Shown here: piece after piece, positions 18,338-29,008 of the stretch
How the letters are laid out: each line of letters opens with the position of its first letter
Numbering within the stretch: the first letter of the stretch is position 1
Source of the DNA: an uncultured Chloroflexia bacterium
GTDB taxonomy: Bacteria; Chloroflexota; Chloroflexia; QHBQ01; JADMIH01
Direction of reading: 5' to 3'
DNA: 64,000 nt
Assembly (NCBI GenBank): GCA_963797095.1
Contig: CAWCNY010000002.1
Span: forward strand, 832,001-896,000
The notes under the pieces: model-generated
Seen by the model: the letters and a program-made list of their open reading frames with translations, nothing else
What the model was told of the DNA's origin: nothing
The model's database searches: none
Made by a program: the position numbers and the translations under genes

Positions 18338-21300
18338 CTAGATGGCGGTACGGGTAGCGTTCAACAAAGGCAGAGTCTGGACGGACGGATCGTGCGACTT
18401 GAGGTACTGAGCCATCTCCGTCGGCGGTAGCGGCGTAGCGAAGAAATACCCCTGACCCTGCTCGCAGCCCAGGGCGCGCAACTGCTCCACCTGCGCCTTC
18501 GTCTCGATCCCTTCGGCGGTGATACTCAATCTCAGCGCCTTGGCAAAACTGATCGCGGCATACACAACCGCCGTATCCTGGCGGTTCTTGCCCAGCCCCG
18601 ACACAAAGCTCCTGTCGAGCTTGATCGTATCCACCGGGAATCGCTTCAGATAGCTGAGCGAGGAGTAGCCTACGCCAAAGTCATCTAGGGCAAGCTTCAC
18701 GCCCAGCGCCTTCAGCTCCCGCAGCGTCTCCAACGTCTGGTCGGGGTCCTCGATGCCCACCGTCTCGGTGATCTCAAGCTTCAGGTTGTGCGGCGGCAAT
18801 CCGCTGATATCCAGCGCTCGCGCCACGTCCGCCACCAGGCCCGTGTGCCTGAACTGCCGTGCCGACACGTTCACGCACACAGTCAACTCCGTAGCGCTGT
18901 GGTACATCTGCTTCCATATCTGCGTCTGCGTGCAAGCCTCGCTGAGCACCCACCTGCCCAAAGGCATGATCAATGCGGTCTCTTCAGCCAGCGAAATGAA
19001 CTCAAGCGGCGATACTAGCCCGCGCTGCGGGTCTTGCCACCGGACAAGTGCTTCGATAGCTGCCACGTCGCCAGTCAACAGGTCAACCACAGGCTGGTAA
19101 TAGACGATCAACTCGTTGCGGTCAATAGCGCGTCGTAGCGCTATTTCAAGCTCAAGTCGTTTGAGCGCATACTGGTTCATGTCCTTGTCGAACACGGTGA
19201 CACGCGCCTTGCCGTTGGCTTTCGCCCTGTACACCGCTATGTCTGCGTTCCTGATCAACTCATCGGGTTGGAGGTCTTCGCCCTCGTTGAAGGCTATACC
19301 CACGCAACAGGCTATGCTGATCTCGTGCTGCTCAACAATGAAGGGTTCCTGGAGGTTCTTCTGAATTCGCTCGGCCACGGCCATAGCTACATCCGGGTCT
19401 TGCAGGTCTTCCAGGAGCAGCGTGAACTCGTCGCCACCGAACCTCGATACTATATCGAAAGGTCGGACCGACTCGCGCAGCCTTCCCGCTATCTCTATCA
19501 GCAACACATCGCCTGCCTGGTGGCCGAGGCTGTCATTGATCAGTTTGAAGTTGTCCAGGTCAACGAACATCACCGCCAGCATCGAGTTAGTTATCCTGGC
19601 TTCGTCCAGCGCATGCCCCAGGCGCTCGGAGAACAAGGCGCGATTGGGCAGGCTTGTGAGAGGGTCGTGTGATGCCTGGTGGATCAGCCGCTCTTCCAGG
19701 GCTTTGCGCTCGGTAATGTCGCGCATGTTCAAGATGATACCACCGACATTCGAGTCGCGCAGGTGATTGGTGGCTACGATCTCCACAAAGCGCCACGACT
19801 GGTCCATATGTCGCGTGCGCAGGATAGCCCGTCGCGCGTGGCCTGGGTTCTCCACAAGCTCGGCCAGCATCTGCCTGACCATGTCGGCATCCGCAGGGTG
19901 GAGGTTGTCGAATATGCTCAATCCCACCAGATTGCCTGTCTTGAAACCGAGCATAGGCTCTATAGAAGGACTTTGATAGCGTATCGAGCCATCCGAGTTG
20001 ATGATAGTGATAACATCCGCGGCGTTCTGTACCATAGCGCGGAATCGCTCCTCGCTCTTGCGGCGTGCTCGTTCCTCCTCGGCTTGCCTGCGCTCGGTGA
20101 GGTCGTGGGCGAGGAAACAGAGTACGTGGCTGCCGTTCCTGCGAATGGTAGCCGAGCTTTCCTCGACATCTACAGGCGTGCCGTTCTTGCGCAGGTACTT
20201 GCGCTCGACCTGCCGCGAGCGCCCTTCGTTCAGCACTTCGCGGATGTATTCGTCAATTTGAAGACCATCCTCCGCCAGCACGTCATAAATCGTGAGGTGC
20301 GCAATCTCGGCATCGGTGTAGCCGAGCAACTCGCGGAATGCGACGTTCGTTTCGATGAAATAGCCTGTAGCGGGGTCAACCAGGAACACGCTTTCTGCCG
20401 TTTGCTCTACCACCGCCCGGTAGCCCGCCTCGGTTTCCTTACGTCCCTGGCTGGCGTGCTCGAGCGCTTCCAGCATACCGTTGATCGCTCGTCCCATCCG
20501 GGCGATCTCGTCTTTACCGTCTATGGTCAGGCGGGCCAGTGGGTTGCCTCGCACTCCGATCTGCGTTACCTGCATGTTGAGCCGCGCCATGCGCGACAAT
20601 ATCACGCGCTCGATCAACAACAGAGCCAGCACCACAATCGCCACTATGATCGCTACCAGGGTGGCTATCAAATAGGAAACGGCATCGCGCCCATGCGCAT
20701 ATATGCTGCGAGGCTCCGTGACCGTCATCATAAGAGCAGGCTCACCGTAGAAGCTATTCAACATCCCTCTTGCCGTTATCGATTCTTCATCGATTGGCGT
20801 GATGATGGGCCCACCGTTGCCCACCAGCATATCTTTAAGGTTGCCATCGATTGCGGAAGCAGGGTCGAAAGTCAGCGTGAGGCGGGTGGTATCGGCCAGG
20901 CGATCTATTGTGTCGGCCCGCAAGAAGCGTCCCATGAGGAGCGTACCATGAGATGGTCCCTGCTCATCGTCGGTCAGGATAGGATATGTGACAAGCAGCA
21001 AAGGCCCATCTGGGAGCATCACGATCCCTCTGTTGGCCGTCAGCAGGTCTGAATACTTGAGGAGGGGGTCCTGGGCCATCTCAGGACGAGCGAAAGAGCC
21101 AGGTAGTGATTGCTGTGCAAAATTCGTGTAATCGTATGACTTGTCGGCTACGATAGCGCCTTGCTGGTCATAGATTATCACCACGTTCAGTCGGAAGTTC
21201 TGCATCAACTGTTCGGTGATGTTAGCATCCATGAAATCGGTATCGTGGCTGACGGCGAAGTTGTAGGTCTGGTCAGAGAAAGCATAGTCGTGCGCTACCC

Positions 21301-21649
21301 TTGCTATGGCGTCAATCTGGTTGTCGAACGCGTTCCTGGCGCGGTCGAAATCGGTGATCGCCTGCTCTGTCTCAAGACGTGCGAAGTTGTCGAGCAGGAA
21401 GGAGCGCACAGGGAGTACCAGGGTAAGCAGGAAACCGAGCAGGGCCGTGAGGATGATGAGGAAGGTTTTGGTGCGCATGGTGAGGCCGGTGCCCCACCAC
21501 CGGGCCAACCTTCCAGTCCTGGGCGAACCCTCCTGGAGATGTGAGGTGGTTAGCAGCCTCTTGGTTGTCCTGTTTTCGTCCTGAGTTTGTGTGGTGCCGG
21601 CGCTGCCCTGGTGAGTCATATTGCCAGGATGCGCTCTGTTGCCTTGCAT
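18338..21649 (-). CDS. CHASE4-HAMP-PAS-PAS-GGDEF-EAL diguanylate cyclase/phosphodiesterase
   Basis: Two TMs around a sensor domain, DEIARM HAMP, GGDEF, EALVRW, DDFGVGYSSL; start codon uncertain. Confidence 0.93.
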   Translation of the reverse strand: MQGNRAHPGNMTHQGSAGTTQTQDENRTTKRLLTTSHLQEGSPRTGRLARWWGTGLTMRTKTFLIILTALLGFLLTLVLPVRSFLLDNFARLETEQAITDFDRARNAFDNQIDAIARVAHDYAFSDQTYNFAVSHDTDFMDANITEQLMQNFRLNVVIIYDQQGAIVADKSYDYTNFAQQSLPGSFARPEMAQDPLLKYSDLLTANRGIVMLPDGPLLLVTYPILTDDEQGPSHGTLLMGRFLRADTIDRLADTTRLTLTFDPASAIDGNLKDMLVGNGGPIITPIDEESITARGMLNSFYGEPALMMTVTEPRSIYAHGRDAVSYLIATLVAIIVAIVVLALLLIERVILSRMARLNMQVTQIGVRGNPLARLTIDGKDEIARMGRAINGMLEALEHASQGRKETEAGYRAVVEQTAESVFLVDPATGYFIETNVAFRELLGYTDAEIAHLTIYDVLAEDGLQIDEYIREVLNEGRSRQVERKYLRKNGTPVDVEESSATIRRNGSHVLCFLAHDLTERRQAEEERARRKSEERFRAMVQNAADVITIINSDGSIRYQSPSIEPMLGFKTGNLVGLSIFDNLHPADADMVRQMLAELVENPGHARRAILRTRHMDQSWRFVEIVATNHLRDSNVGGIILNMRDITERKALEERLIHQASHDPLTSLPNRALFSERLGHALDEARITNSMLAVMFVDLDNFKLINDSLGHQAGDVLLIEIAGRLRESVRPFDIVSRFGGDEFTLLLEDLQDPDVAMAVAERIQKNLQEPFIVEQHEISIACCVGIAFNEGEDLQPDELIRNADIAVYRAKANGKARVTVFDKDMNQYALKRLELEIALRRAIDRNELIVYYQPVVDLLTGDVAAIEALVRWQDPQRGLVSPLEFISLAEETALIMPLGRWVLSEACTQTQIWKQMYHSATELTVCVNVSARQFRHTGLVADVARALDISGLPPHNLKLEITETVGIEDPDQTLETLRELKALGVKLALDDFGVGYSSLSYLKRFPVDTIKLDRSFVSGLGKNRQDTAVVYAAISFAKALRLSITAEGIETKAQVEQLRALGCEQGQGYFFATPLPPTEMAQYLKSHDPSVQTLPLLNATRTAI

Positions 21650-22030
21650 CGGTAGCTGACCTTACTCCTCGTTGAAGATTTGTCGGCATGTTGCCATTGC
21701 ACCGGCGCTACTGCGGGTTCATGCGCGTGAGGCCCCGGTAAGAGCAACAACCAAACGACAGGATGATGCCCGCTCCTACACCATAGCTAGAGTATTCGGA
21801 GCGGCAAGTATAGTCCGGCCATACGTAACAATGCTATCGCAATATAAGGCCGAGGGGAATAGGCAGGGGATACCAATTCGTAATGCCCACGGATGGACTT
21901 TGGTACTAACACCGCCTGCGTGTATAATCTCGAAGTCGGCAGTTGGTTGCCAGAACCAGGGACCAGGAACTAAAATCGTCCCCTGACTACCGGCTACCGG
22001 CCACTACCACCGACTACCAGGGACAATCAC

Positions 22031-23425
22031 TTGAGCAAGCAGTACGCAGTAAGCAGCACAGAATCGGCGCTCGCCACTCGTCACGTATCCTACCTTTCGT
22101 TACTGCTCTTCTATCTGCCGCTTGGCTTCAGCGGCCTCATGATGACGCTCGACCTGCCGGTGGTAAACGCCGTTCTCAACCGGATGCCCGACCCCGACAC
22201 GTCGGTGGCGGCCTTGCGGGTCGCCTTCTCTATAGCCCTTGTCTATGAGGCGTCGCATATTTCTATGATTGACATCTCAACGGCGCTGTCGGCTGATCGG
22301 CGTATGTTCGATATGCTGCGTCGCTTCTATGGGCTGGTCGCTCTTGTATTGCTGGTGGTGGTCTCAATCATCGCTTTCTCGCCCCTGTATGACCTGGTCG
22401 TGCGCGGCCTGATGAACATAGACGCTGGCGTTGCCGAGGCGGCGCGGCCCGCTTTCTGGGTCTTTCTGCTGTGGCCCATACCTATCGGCTGGCGGCGATT
22501 GTGCCAGGGGGCGCTGATCCGCCACGGCCACCCCAAGCCGGTGGGGGCTGGTGGTCTGGTGCGTCTTGGCTCGCTCGCCATTGGGCTGACGCTTTTCGGG
22601 TGGCTCGGCACGCAGGTGTGGCAGCTTGAGCCTGCGGCTATCGCGGTGCTCGCCATGCTGGTGAGCGTGACGGCGGAAGCGGTGGCGGTGCAAGGTTGGA
22701 CCAACAGGATCATAAACACCATGCCCGCCGAAACCCCTGGCACGGAAGCGCCTACCTTCGCCGAGATATGGCGCTTCTTCTTCCCTCTCGCGGGTACAGC
22801 CATCATGAACACCCTATCGAACCCCATCCTGACCTCCGGGATCGCCACCGCGGCCCTGGTGTGGGCCTCGCCCGATGGGCAGGTAGTTGACGTGGCGGCC
22901 TATTCTATCGCCTGGAGCATGGCTTTCCTGGTATTCGGCCCCACCCTCAGCATGACCCAGGCTTCCATAGCGTGGAGCAAGAGCAACGACCGGAGCGTAA
23001 GAGAGCGCGGGCCTCGCGTGGTGGTGAGTGTGGGGTTCGGCCTGGCCCTGTTGATCGCCGTCGCCTCCTTTACGCCCGTGACCCACTGGATATTTACCAG
23101 CCTCCTGATGGCCCCCGAACGGACGGCCCAGGTGGCCGAGGTGGTGGCCCGTCTCTTCGTACCGATGCCGATCCTCCATTCGATATCGTTCATGCTCAGG
23201 GGAAAGCTGATTGCGGCGGGCAAGCCAACCATAGTGCGCCGCGCGCAGGTCGTGGACCTGCTTGCGCTGCTGACCATGATCGTGATCGCCACCAACGGTC
23301 CTCTACCTTCGTGGCTGCACAGCCTGGCGGCTGCTCCTTTCGCGGCTGTCGCTTACGACCTGGTGTTGTGCGTTGATATCGGCATGCTTCTGTGGGCGCG
23401 GCGATCCGCAAACGCCCGATCCTGA
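22031..23425 (+). CDS. MATE/MOP-superfamily-like membrane transporter
   Basis: About 12 TM helices in two similar halves (FYLPL / FFFPLA). Confidence 0.7.
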   Translation: MSKQYAVSSTESALATRHVSYLSLLLFYLPLGFSGLMMTLDLPVVNAVLNRMPDPDTSVAALRVAFSIALVYEASHISMIDISTALSADRRMFDMLRRFYGLVALVLLVVVSIIAFSPLYDLVVRGLMNIDAGVAEAARPAFWVFLLWPIPIGWRRLCQGALIRHGHPKPVGAGGLVRLGSLAIGLTLFGWLGTQVWQLEPAAIAVLAMLVSVTAEAVAVQGWTNRIINTMPAETPGTEAPTFAEIWRFFFPLAGTAIMNTLSNPILTSGIATAALVWASPDGQVVDVAAYSIAWSMAFLVFGPTLSMTQASIAWSKSNDRSVRERGPRVVVSVGFGLALLIAVASFTPVTHWIFTSLLMAPERTAQVAEVVARLFVPMPILHSISFMLRGKLIAAGKPTIVRRAQVVDLLALLTMIVIATNGPLPSWLHSLAAAPFAAVAYDLVLCVDIGMLLWARRSANARS

Positions 23426-23467
23426 GATTGCGGCCTGAAGAATACTCGTCCGGAGGGCTAGCTGCTT

Positions 23468-24440
23468 ATGACATTCGACGAGATCATGGCTGAATTACAC
23501 AGCCTGGAGAGCAAGCACAACCGCCAGGGGATGGCCCGCTTCGGGATCAACCCTGCCCATGCCCTCGGTATTGCGGTGAGCGACCTGCGGCAGATAGGAC
23601 GCAATGTGCGGGGGAAGGACCACGCCCTTGCCGCTCAACTGTGGGATACCGGCATACACGAGGCGCGCATACTTGCCTCTATTGTCGAGGACCCAAACGC
23701 GGTCACATCTGAGCAGATGGAGCGATGGGTGGTTGGCTTTGACTCTGTGGGATGTGTGCGACCAGTGCTGCGGCAACCTCTTCTGGAAGACGCCATTTGC
23801 CTGGGATAAAGCGGTTGAGTGGAGCGAGCGCGAACGTGACTTCGAAAAGCGTGCCGGGTTCTCGCTGATGGCCTACCTGGCTGTACACGCCAAACGTGTG
23901 CCTGACGAGCGCTTCCTGCAACTGCTCCCGATCATCAGGCGCGAGGCGGGAGATAATCGCAACTTTGTGAGGAAAGCTGTGAATTGGGCGTTGCGCCAGA
24001 TCGGCAAGCGCGATAGCGTGCTCAATGAGGCGGCTATCGAAACGGCCAACGACATCCTCTCAGATGCCGAGGTCCAGGGCAAGCGCGGCGGTGGCAGGTG
24101 GGTAGCCTCGGACGCCCTCCGCGAGCTAACGAGCGAGCAGCTTCAGCGCAAGCTGGCAGGCAAGAAGCACCGTGACTACTTCGCGCCAAAAGATATGTTT
24201 GCGATAAGCGACCTTGCCCCCTATTTTGCCGATTTCTGGACCCAGTTCGGGAAGCAGGTCACAGGTAAAGCAGATCAGAAGGTCGCGACTCTATTTGTGG
24301 GAGGCATCAACGCACACATCCGGTTAGTACAGGACTACGACGACAAAAGCATGAGCGTCCAGGTCGATTACGACCCCCAAAGCGAGAGCGATATAGCCAC
24401 CTTCGGAACTTTCCTGACCGATATGGGGTTTGTCCTATAG
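23468..24440 (+). pseudogene. DNA alkylation repair (AlkD-like) protein with a +1 frameshift near 23747
   Basis: TTT GAC TCT G TGG GAT GTG TGC GAC: removing one base restores FDSWDVCDQ; RNFVRKAVNWALRQIGKR follows. Confidence 0.8.
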
Positions 24441-24442
24441 AG

Positions 24443-24540
24443 GACGAAAGACGAACGACTAAGACGACGGAGAAACAAAGAACCAGGAACTTGGAACCAG
24501 GAACTTGGAACCAGGAACTTGGAACCAGAAACTTGGAACT
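24443..24540. repeat. Heptamer array: GACGAA-type units followed by (GGAACCA GGAACTT)n
   Basis: About 4 copies of the 14-mer at 24480-24540. Confidence 0.9.
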
Positions 24541-24608
24541 CCTGGCCCGGCGACCACACCCACTCCCAAACGTTATACTATTGAGATGCTTGTTCGCCAC
24601 AAGCCTTT

Positions 24609-26159
24609 ATGCATGGTTTCAGGAGGAAAGGTACATTGGTCTTAAGTCAGAATAGGACGCGGAACAAAGCAGCCCAACCGGGCCGTTTACACATATCACG
24701 TATCACGTATCACATATCAATAATTGCAGTGTTGATCTCTCTCTTTGCGGCATCCTCGTCCGCAATAGCACGCTCGCAAGCGGCCCCAATCGTGCCCGAT
24801 AACCCTTACGGGGTGAACGTGTTCCTGGACAAAGAAGTTGAGGAATGGAAGATAGATGAGACCCTGCGTATGGTGCAGGAGGCCAACATCCCCTGGATCA
24901 AGCAGGAATTCCCCTGGCAGGAGATCGAGTTCCAGAAGGGTTACTTCTTCGACGACAAGTGGAACAAATCGTCCTGGGAGAAGTTCGACCGCATCGTCGA
25001 TTTAGCCGATAATTACGGCTTGAAAATAATAGCGCGCATAAGCCACCCGCCGGCATGGGCGCAGGCCACGGACGGCAGCGGACCTCTGAAGGACAACAAT
25101 GACCTGGTTGATTTCATCAACGCGCTTCTGGACCATTACCAGGGCCGTATCGAATACGTGCAGGTCTGGAACGAGCCAAATCTGTCGGCGGAGTGGGTTC
25201 CCGGCAAGGCAGTTGACCCCGCAGGCTACGCCCAGATGATGAAGAGCGTCTATCCGGCGGTGAAAGCCCAGCACCCCGATGTTACGATCCTGAGCGCGCC
25301 ACTGGCTATCACCCTGGAAGGGCCTGAGCTGCGCGGGAATATGGACGACCTGGACTACTGGAACGCCTTGTACGCTGCCGGAATCAAGGGCAACTTTGAC
25401 GTAGCTTCGGCGAACGCTTACGGTCTCGACCAACCACCTGAGGCCGAGCCTGCCCCCAAAGTGCTCAACTTCCGGCGCGTGGAATTGCTGCGCGATATCA
25501 TGGTCAACAACGGCGATGGCGACAGGGGCATATGGTTGAACGAATACGCCTGGAATGCCTCGCCTGAGTCGCTCTCCGAGGAAGAGAAGAACTACTGGCG
25601 GCATGTCAGCGAGGACACGCAGGCCCAATGGACCATACAGGGCGTGAACTACGCGCGCGAGTATTGGCCCTGGGTTGGGGTGATTTCGATATGGTATTTC
25701 CGGCAAGTGGGCGATGTGTCGCCCGACAAGGCCGAATACTACTTCCGAATGGTGAACCCAGATTTCACGACCGTGCCTGTCTACGACGCGGTCAAGGCCG
25801 ACGCCATGAAATACCCCGGCCCCGTATCTCCGGGTGTTACACCTACACCCACCCTTGTGCCATTAGAAACCCCAGCGCCTCCGACCTCCACCCCTGCACC
25901 CGTGCCCCCTACCTCTACCACCGCTCCCCTACAGCCGACGGCAACCCAGGTTACACCTACCATCACAAGCACCGTGGTAATCTCTCCCACCGCCACGAGA
26001 GCGGCCTCTCCCACAAGCACACCTCACCCATCCCCAACAGAGGTGGCAAGCGCAACCGGCGAGGGCTCTAACATCCTACTGCTGGTAATTGGCGGCCTAC
26101 TGGTGCTGGCGGGCCTGGGCGGCCTCGGCTATTACGCTATGAGGTCGAGGCGTGGGTAA
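24609..26159 (+). CDS. Secreted clan GH-A glycoside hydrolase (GH5/GH39-like) with Pro/Thr linker and C-terminal membrane anchor
   Basis: Signal-like N-terminus, WNEPN acid/base, WLNEY nucleophile, PT-rich stalk, TM + RSRR tail; start codon uncertain. Confidence 0.8.
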   Translation: MHGFRRKGTLVLSQNRTRNKAAQPGRLHISRITYHISIIAVLISLFAASSSAIARSQAAPIVPDNPYGVNVFLDKEVEEWKIDETLRMVQEANIPWIKQEFPWQEIEFQKGYFFDDKWNKSSWEKFDRIVDLADNYGLKIIARISHPPAWAQATDGSGPLKDNNDLVDFINALLDHYQGRIEYVQVWNEPNLSAEWVPGKAVDPAGYAQMMKSVYPAVKAQHPDVTILSAPLAITLEGPELRGNMDDLDYWNALYAAGIKGNFDVASANAYGLDQPPEAEPAPKVLNFRRVELLRDIMVNNGDGDRGIWLNEYAWNASPESLSEEEKNYWRHVSEDTQAQWTIQGVNYAREYWPWVGVISIWYFRQVGDVSPDKAEYYFRMVNPDFTTVPVYDAVKADAMKYPGPVSPGVTPTPTLVPLETPAPPTSTPAPVPPTSTTAPLQPTATQVTPTITSTVVISPTATRAASPTSTPHPSPTEVASATGEGSNILLLVIGGLLVLAGLGGLGYYAMRSRRG

Positions 26160-26254
26160 ACGTGATACGTGACCAACTGCGTACTGCGTATTTACTCGCC
26201 ACTCGCCACTCGCCACTCGCCCCATGACTTACGTTTTTATGTTACATTTTCTCT

Positions 26255-27136
26255 ATGCTGACTGTGCGGCCACTGGGGAACGATGACCTGGAAATGCTTA
26301 GAGGCTTGCTCGTGCAAGAGCCTAAGCATAACGTATTTCATTTGAGCGCCTTGCATGAGGTCGGACTCAGCGGCGGATCGTGGGCAGTGGGCGTGTTTCG
26401 GGGGTCCGACCTGGCGGGCACGGTAATGGCCTTGCGGGGCACTGGCGGAGTCTACCACACCCCCGGTGATGAAGAGGTCTTGCAGGAACTGGCGAATATC
26501 ATCTATGACCGTGTGCTAAACGGAAAGCTCGCCCTGCTGAGCGGCCATGCTTCGCAACTTGATCCCTTATTGACATTGGTCAACCGTTCGGTGAATGGAA
26601 GGCCCGATAGGTGCTATTTCAAAACCCTGGAACCGGATGACCTGACGCTGGCAGGCCAGGAGGACGAAGGAGCCTGGTTCGTGCCTGGCTTGTTCAGACC
26701 TCCGAGGCGCGCCGGTATGGGCGATATGGAGCGGCTGATCGATTTCTATCTGCACGGGTTTTATTCCCTGGCGCGGCTCCCCTCGCGAGAAGCCTGGCGA
26801 ACCAGACTCTCCGAGCAACTGGCCCTCCGCACACTATACTTGATCGAGAACACCGAGGGCGTTGTGGCTTCGGCTGCTCTCTCCAGCGCGGAAGGTGGCG
26901 GTGCGGCTATGCTGGGCGGGGTGGCGACCCTGGATACTTACCGGGGGATGGGGTTGTCTACCTGGTGCGTGGGAGCATTGTGCCAGGGGCTATTCGACGC
27001 CGGTATTGAAAAAATAGGGCTGTTCTACTTGAAGGATAATGACCCTGCCGGGCGAGTCTACGATAAATTGGGTTTTCACCCGGCTGGGGAGTGGCTGCTA
27101 GTGCCGATGGGCCTGGGTATATTGTTCGGAGGCTAA
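26255..27136 (+). CDS. GNAT-family acetyltransferase
   Basis: GGVATLDTYRGMGLS, NDPAGRVYDKLGF motifs. Confidence 0.85.
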   Translation: MLTVRPLGNDDLEMLRGLLVQEPKHNVFHLSALHEVGLSGGSWAVGVFRGSDLAGTVMALRGTGGVYHTPGDEEVLQELANIIYDRVLNGKLALLSGHASQLDPLLTLVNRSVNGRPDRCYFKTLEPDDLTLAGQEDEGAWFVPGLFRPPRRAGMGDMERLIDFYLHGFYSLARLPSREAWRTRLSEQLALRTLYLIENTEGVVASAALSSAEGGGAAMLGGVATLDTYRGMGLSTWCVGALCQGLFDAGIEKIGLFYLKDNDPAGRVYDKLGFHPAGEWLLVPMGLGILFGG

Positions 27137-27141
27137 TATCC

Positions 27142-28803
27142 CTAGCTTCCGCCTCCGGTCACCACGAACGAATGGATCGTGCCCTCGAACGGGTAGCGGG
27201 CCGGTTGCATCATCGTCCTCTCATTGGCTAGCGACCACTCGTACAATCCACTGAGCACCGACCCCTGGTCGGCTTTCGCCTTAGTTGCTCCATTCACCAT
27301 CAATGTAACCGTAGAACCCACTCGCTGCAGAACCACCGAATAGCGAGTACCCGGTTTCGCGATCACTCCACTGTTTAGCGTAGCGGTTGCACCATCGCTT
27401 CCCATAATCCTGGCCTTTATGGATGGATTATCGCCGGTTGCATCTATCTGAACAGTGATACCAGGCCCCATATTGTAGTTCGGACCGCCGATGTGCGCTA
27501 CCGCATTGATAGCTCCCTGGTTGATCTCTGCCGGTGTGAAGTCCACCTTGAAGGTCAGGTCGGTGAGGTAAGCACCTGCCAGATAGCTCGCTACCCCGCC
27601 ATCATTGGCACCCACCACCAATCCCCCTGACTCCCATTCATAAGGCGTTTGCAGGATAACAGGCGTTATGCCAAGCGCCACCCCGAATCCCCGCGTCATG
27701 TCGAGACGCACAAGGTCTGTGGAAGTCCTCCCGTCCGTTGGCGTGACGCGGTCCGGCAGGTCAAGGATGGCTAAGGGGTAAACGGCGCTATCTGTCTGTG
27801 CGAAAATGCGGTCATGCTGCCCCGGAACAGATACAAGATTCAGGTCGGATGCGCCCGTAATTGCCAGGTCACGATGGGCCTCAGGGTCAAAGAGCACAAC
27901 AGGATTCCCTATAGCTTTGCCCGTGTTAATATCCACCTCCACTATGCCACCTCTCCAGGTAACCTCAGGAGGCTCAAGCGTAGTAGATTTCCCGGTAAAG
28001 AATATCCATGACCTCCCGTCCGGGGTGAACGCAAGGTTGGGGTCGGGTCGCGACGCATTGGCCCAGGGGGGCGCGCCCGTATCGCCGAACACCCCACATC
28101 CGCAATCATGATAGCTGCCCGGCTTGTAATTGAGCTTCTCCCACGGCCCGGAGGGGCTGGATGCCCGTGCCAGCAGCAGCGGCGAGTTGTTCCACGTCTC
28201 AAAGCCCACTGCGTACCAGTAACCATTGGTGGGGTGTTTGCGAACCGCGAAGTCTACCATCGGAGCGTCAGAAGAACCAGGGAAAGCCGCATCCGCGAAG
28301 ACGAAGCCTGTTGGATCTGCATTGGTGCTCACCCAGTGCTCGGTCCATTTCTTAGTTGGGTTCACCCCCCACATATGCCAGGTGTCTCCATCTTTCACGA
28401 CAGTGGGGTAGCGTATCGGCGCTACCTGGCTGAACGCCGGTGGCCCCTTCACCAGGTCTTCAGGCGTGTCGCCAACATACACATCTATCCGTGCGGGTTC
28501 TTCGCTACCCGTTGCGAATAGATAATACTTGCCGTTGGAATAGATAAAGTCGCTTTCCTGGTAGCCGTTTGCGTTATTAGGCCCGCTTGGGTCGTATCCA
28601 TGCCCAATGATGGGTGGAATGGCGCGCGCCGGCAAATACCAGGTTCCCAATCGCGCCCGGTCCAGCAAGCTGTTGCCTGTCGATACCACACGCGCAGTGC
28701 TTGTGCCGAATCGCAACGGGATGATCCATACCATCAAGATGATCGCTCCCAGAATGAGGGTGATGGTTAATGCGGTGATCGGTATGCGTGCTTTAGTAAA
28801 CAT
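27142..28803 (-). CDS. Membrane-anchored beta-propeller (GH43-like) + LamG-like protein
   Basis: N-terminal TM, GKYYLFATG, ASSPSGPW, DPNL blades, C-terminal FEGTI beta-sandwich. Confidence 0.55.
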   Translation of the reverse strand: MFTKARIPITALTITLILGAIILMVWIIPLRFGTSTARVVSTGNSLLDRARLGTWYLPARAIPPIIGHGYDPSGPNNANGYQESDFIYSNGKYYLFATGSEEPARIDVYVGDTPEDLVKGPPAFSQVAPIRYPTVVKDGDTWHMWGVNPTKKWTEHWVSTNADPTGFVFADAAFPGSSDAPMVDFAVRKHPTNGYWYAVGFETWNNSPLLLARASSPSGPWEKLNYKPGSYHDCGCGVFGDTGAPPWANASRPDPNLAFTPDGRSWIFFTGKSTTLEPPEVTWRGGIVEVDINTGKAIGNPVVLFDPEAHRDLAITGASDLNLVSVPGQHDRIFAQTDSAVYPLAILDLPDRVTPTDGRTSTDLVRLDMTRGFGVALGITPVILQTPYEWESGGLVVGANDGGVASYLAGAYLTDLTFKVDFTPAEINQGAINAVAHIGGPNYNMGPGITVQIDATGDNPSIKARIMGSDGATATLNSGVIAKPGTRYSVVLQRVGSTVTLMVNGATKAKADQGSVLSGLYEWSLANERTMMQPARYPFEGTIHSFVVTGGGS

Positions 28804-28957
28804 CGTTGTTGGCACTTCCCTCCGATGGTAAATGTGCAATATGCAACAGTCACGCCTCACGTATCACGTTCTGTGCCATGCTCTGTTTAGCTTAGCTTCA
28901 TTAGATTAAAGGAGGGTGTGAGAAGAATTAAGATATGCTTAATCCTGCGCAAGGAAT

Positions 28958-28986
28958 GAGCCATATCGAATTTGCCGATATGGCTC
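28958..28986. terminator. Hairpin downstream of lepB, possible terminator
   Basis: GAGCCATATCG-N7-CGATATGGCTC. Confidence 0.5.
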
Positions 28987-29008
28987 TTGATGCTTCTTTA
29001 GCTTGTAG

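Noticed and set aside
21650-21900. c-di-GMP or c-di-AMP riboswitch upstream of the GGDEF-EAL gene
   Set aside because: Only a CCGCTCC/GGAGCGG stem and a GAACCCG word are present; the conserved cores of these riboswitches are not recognisable.
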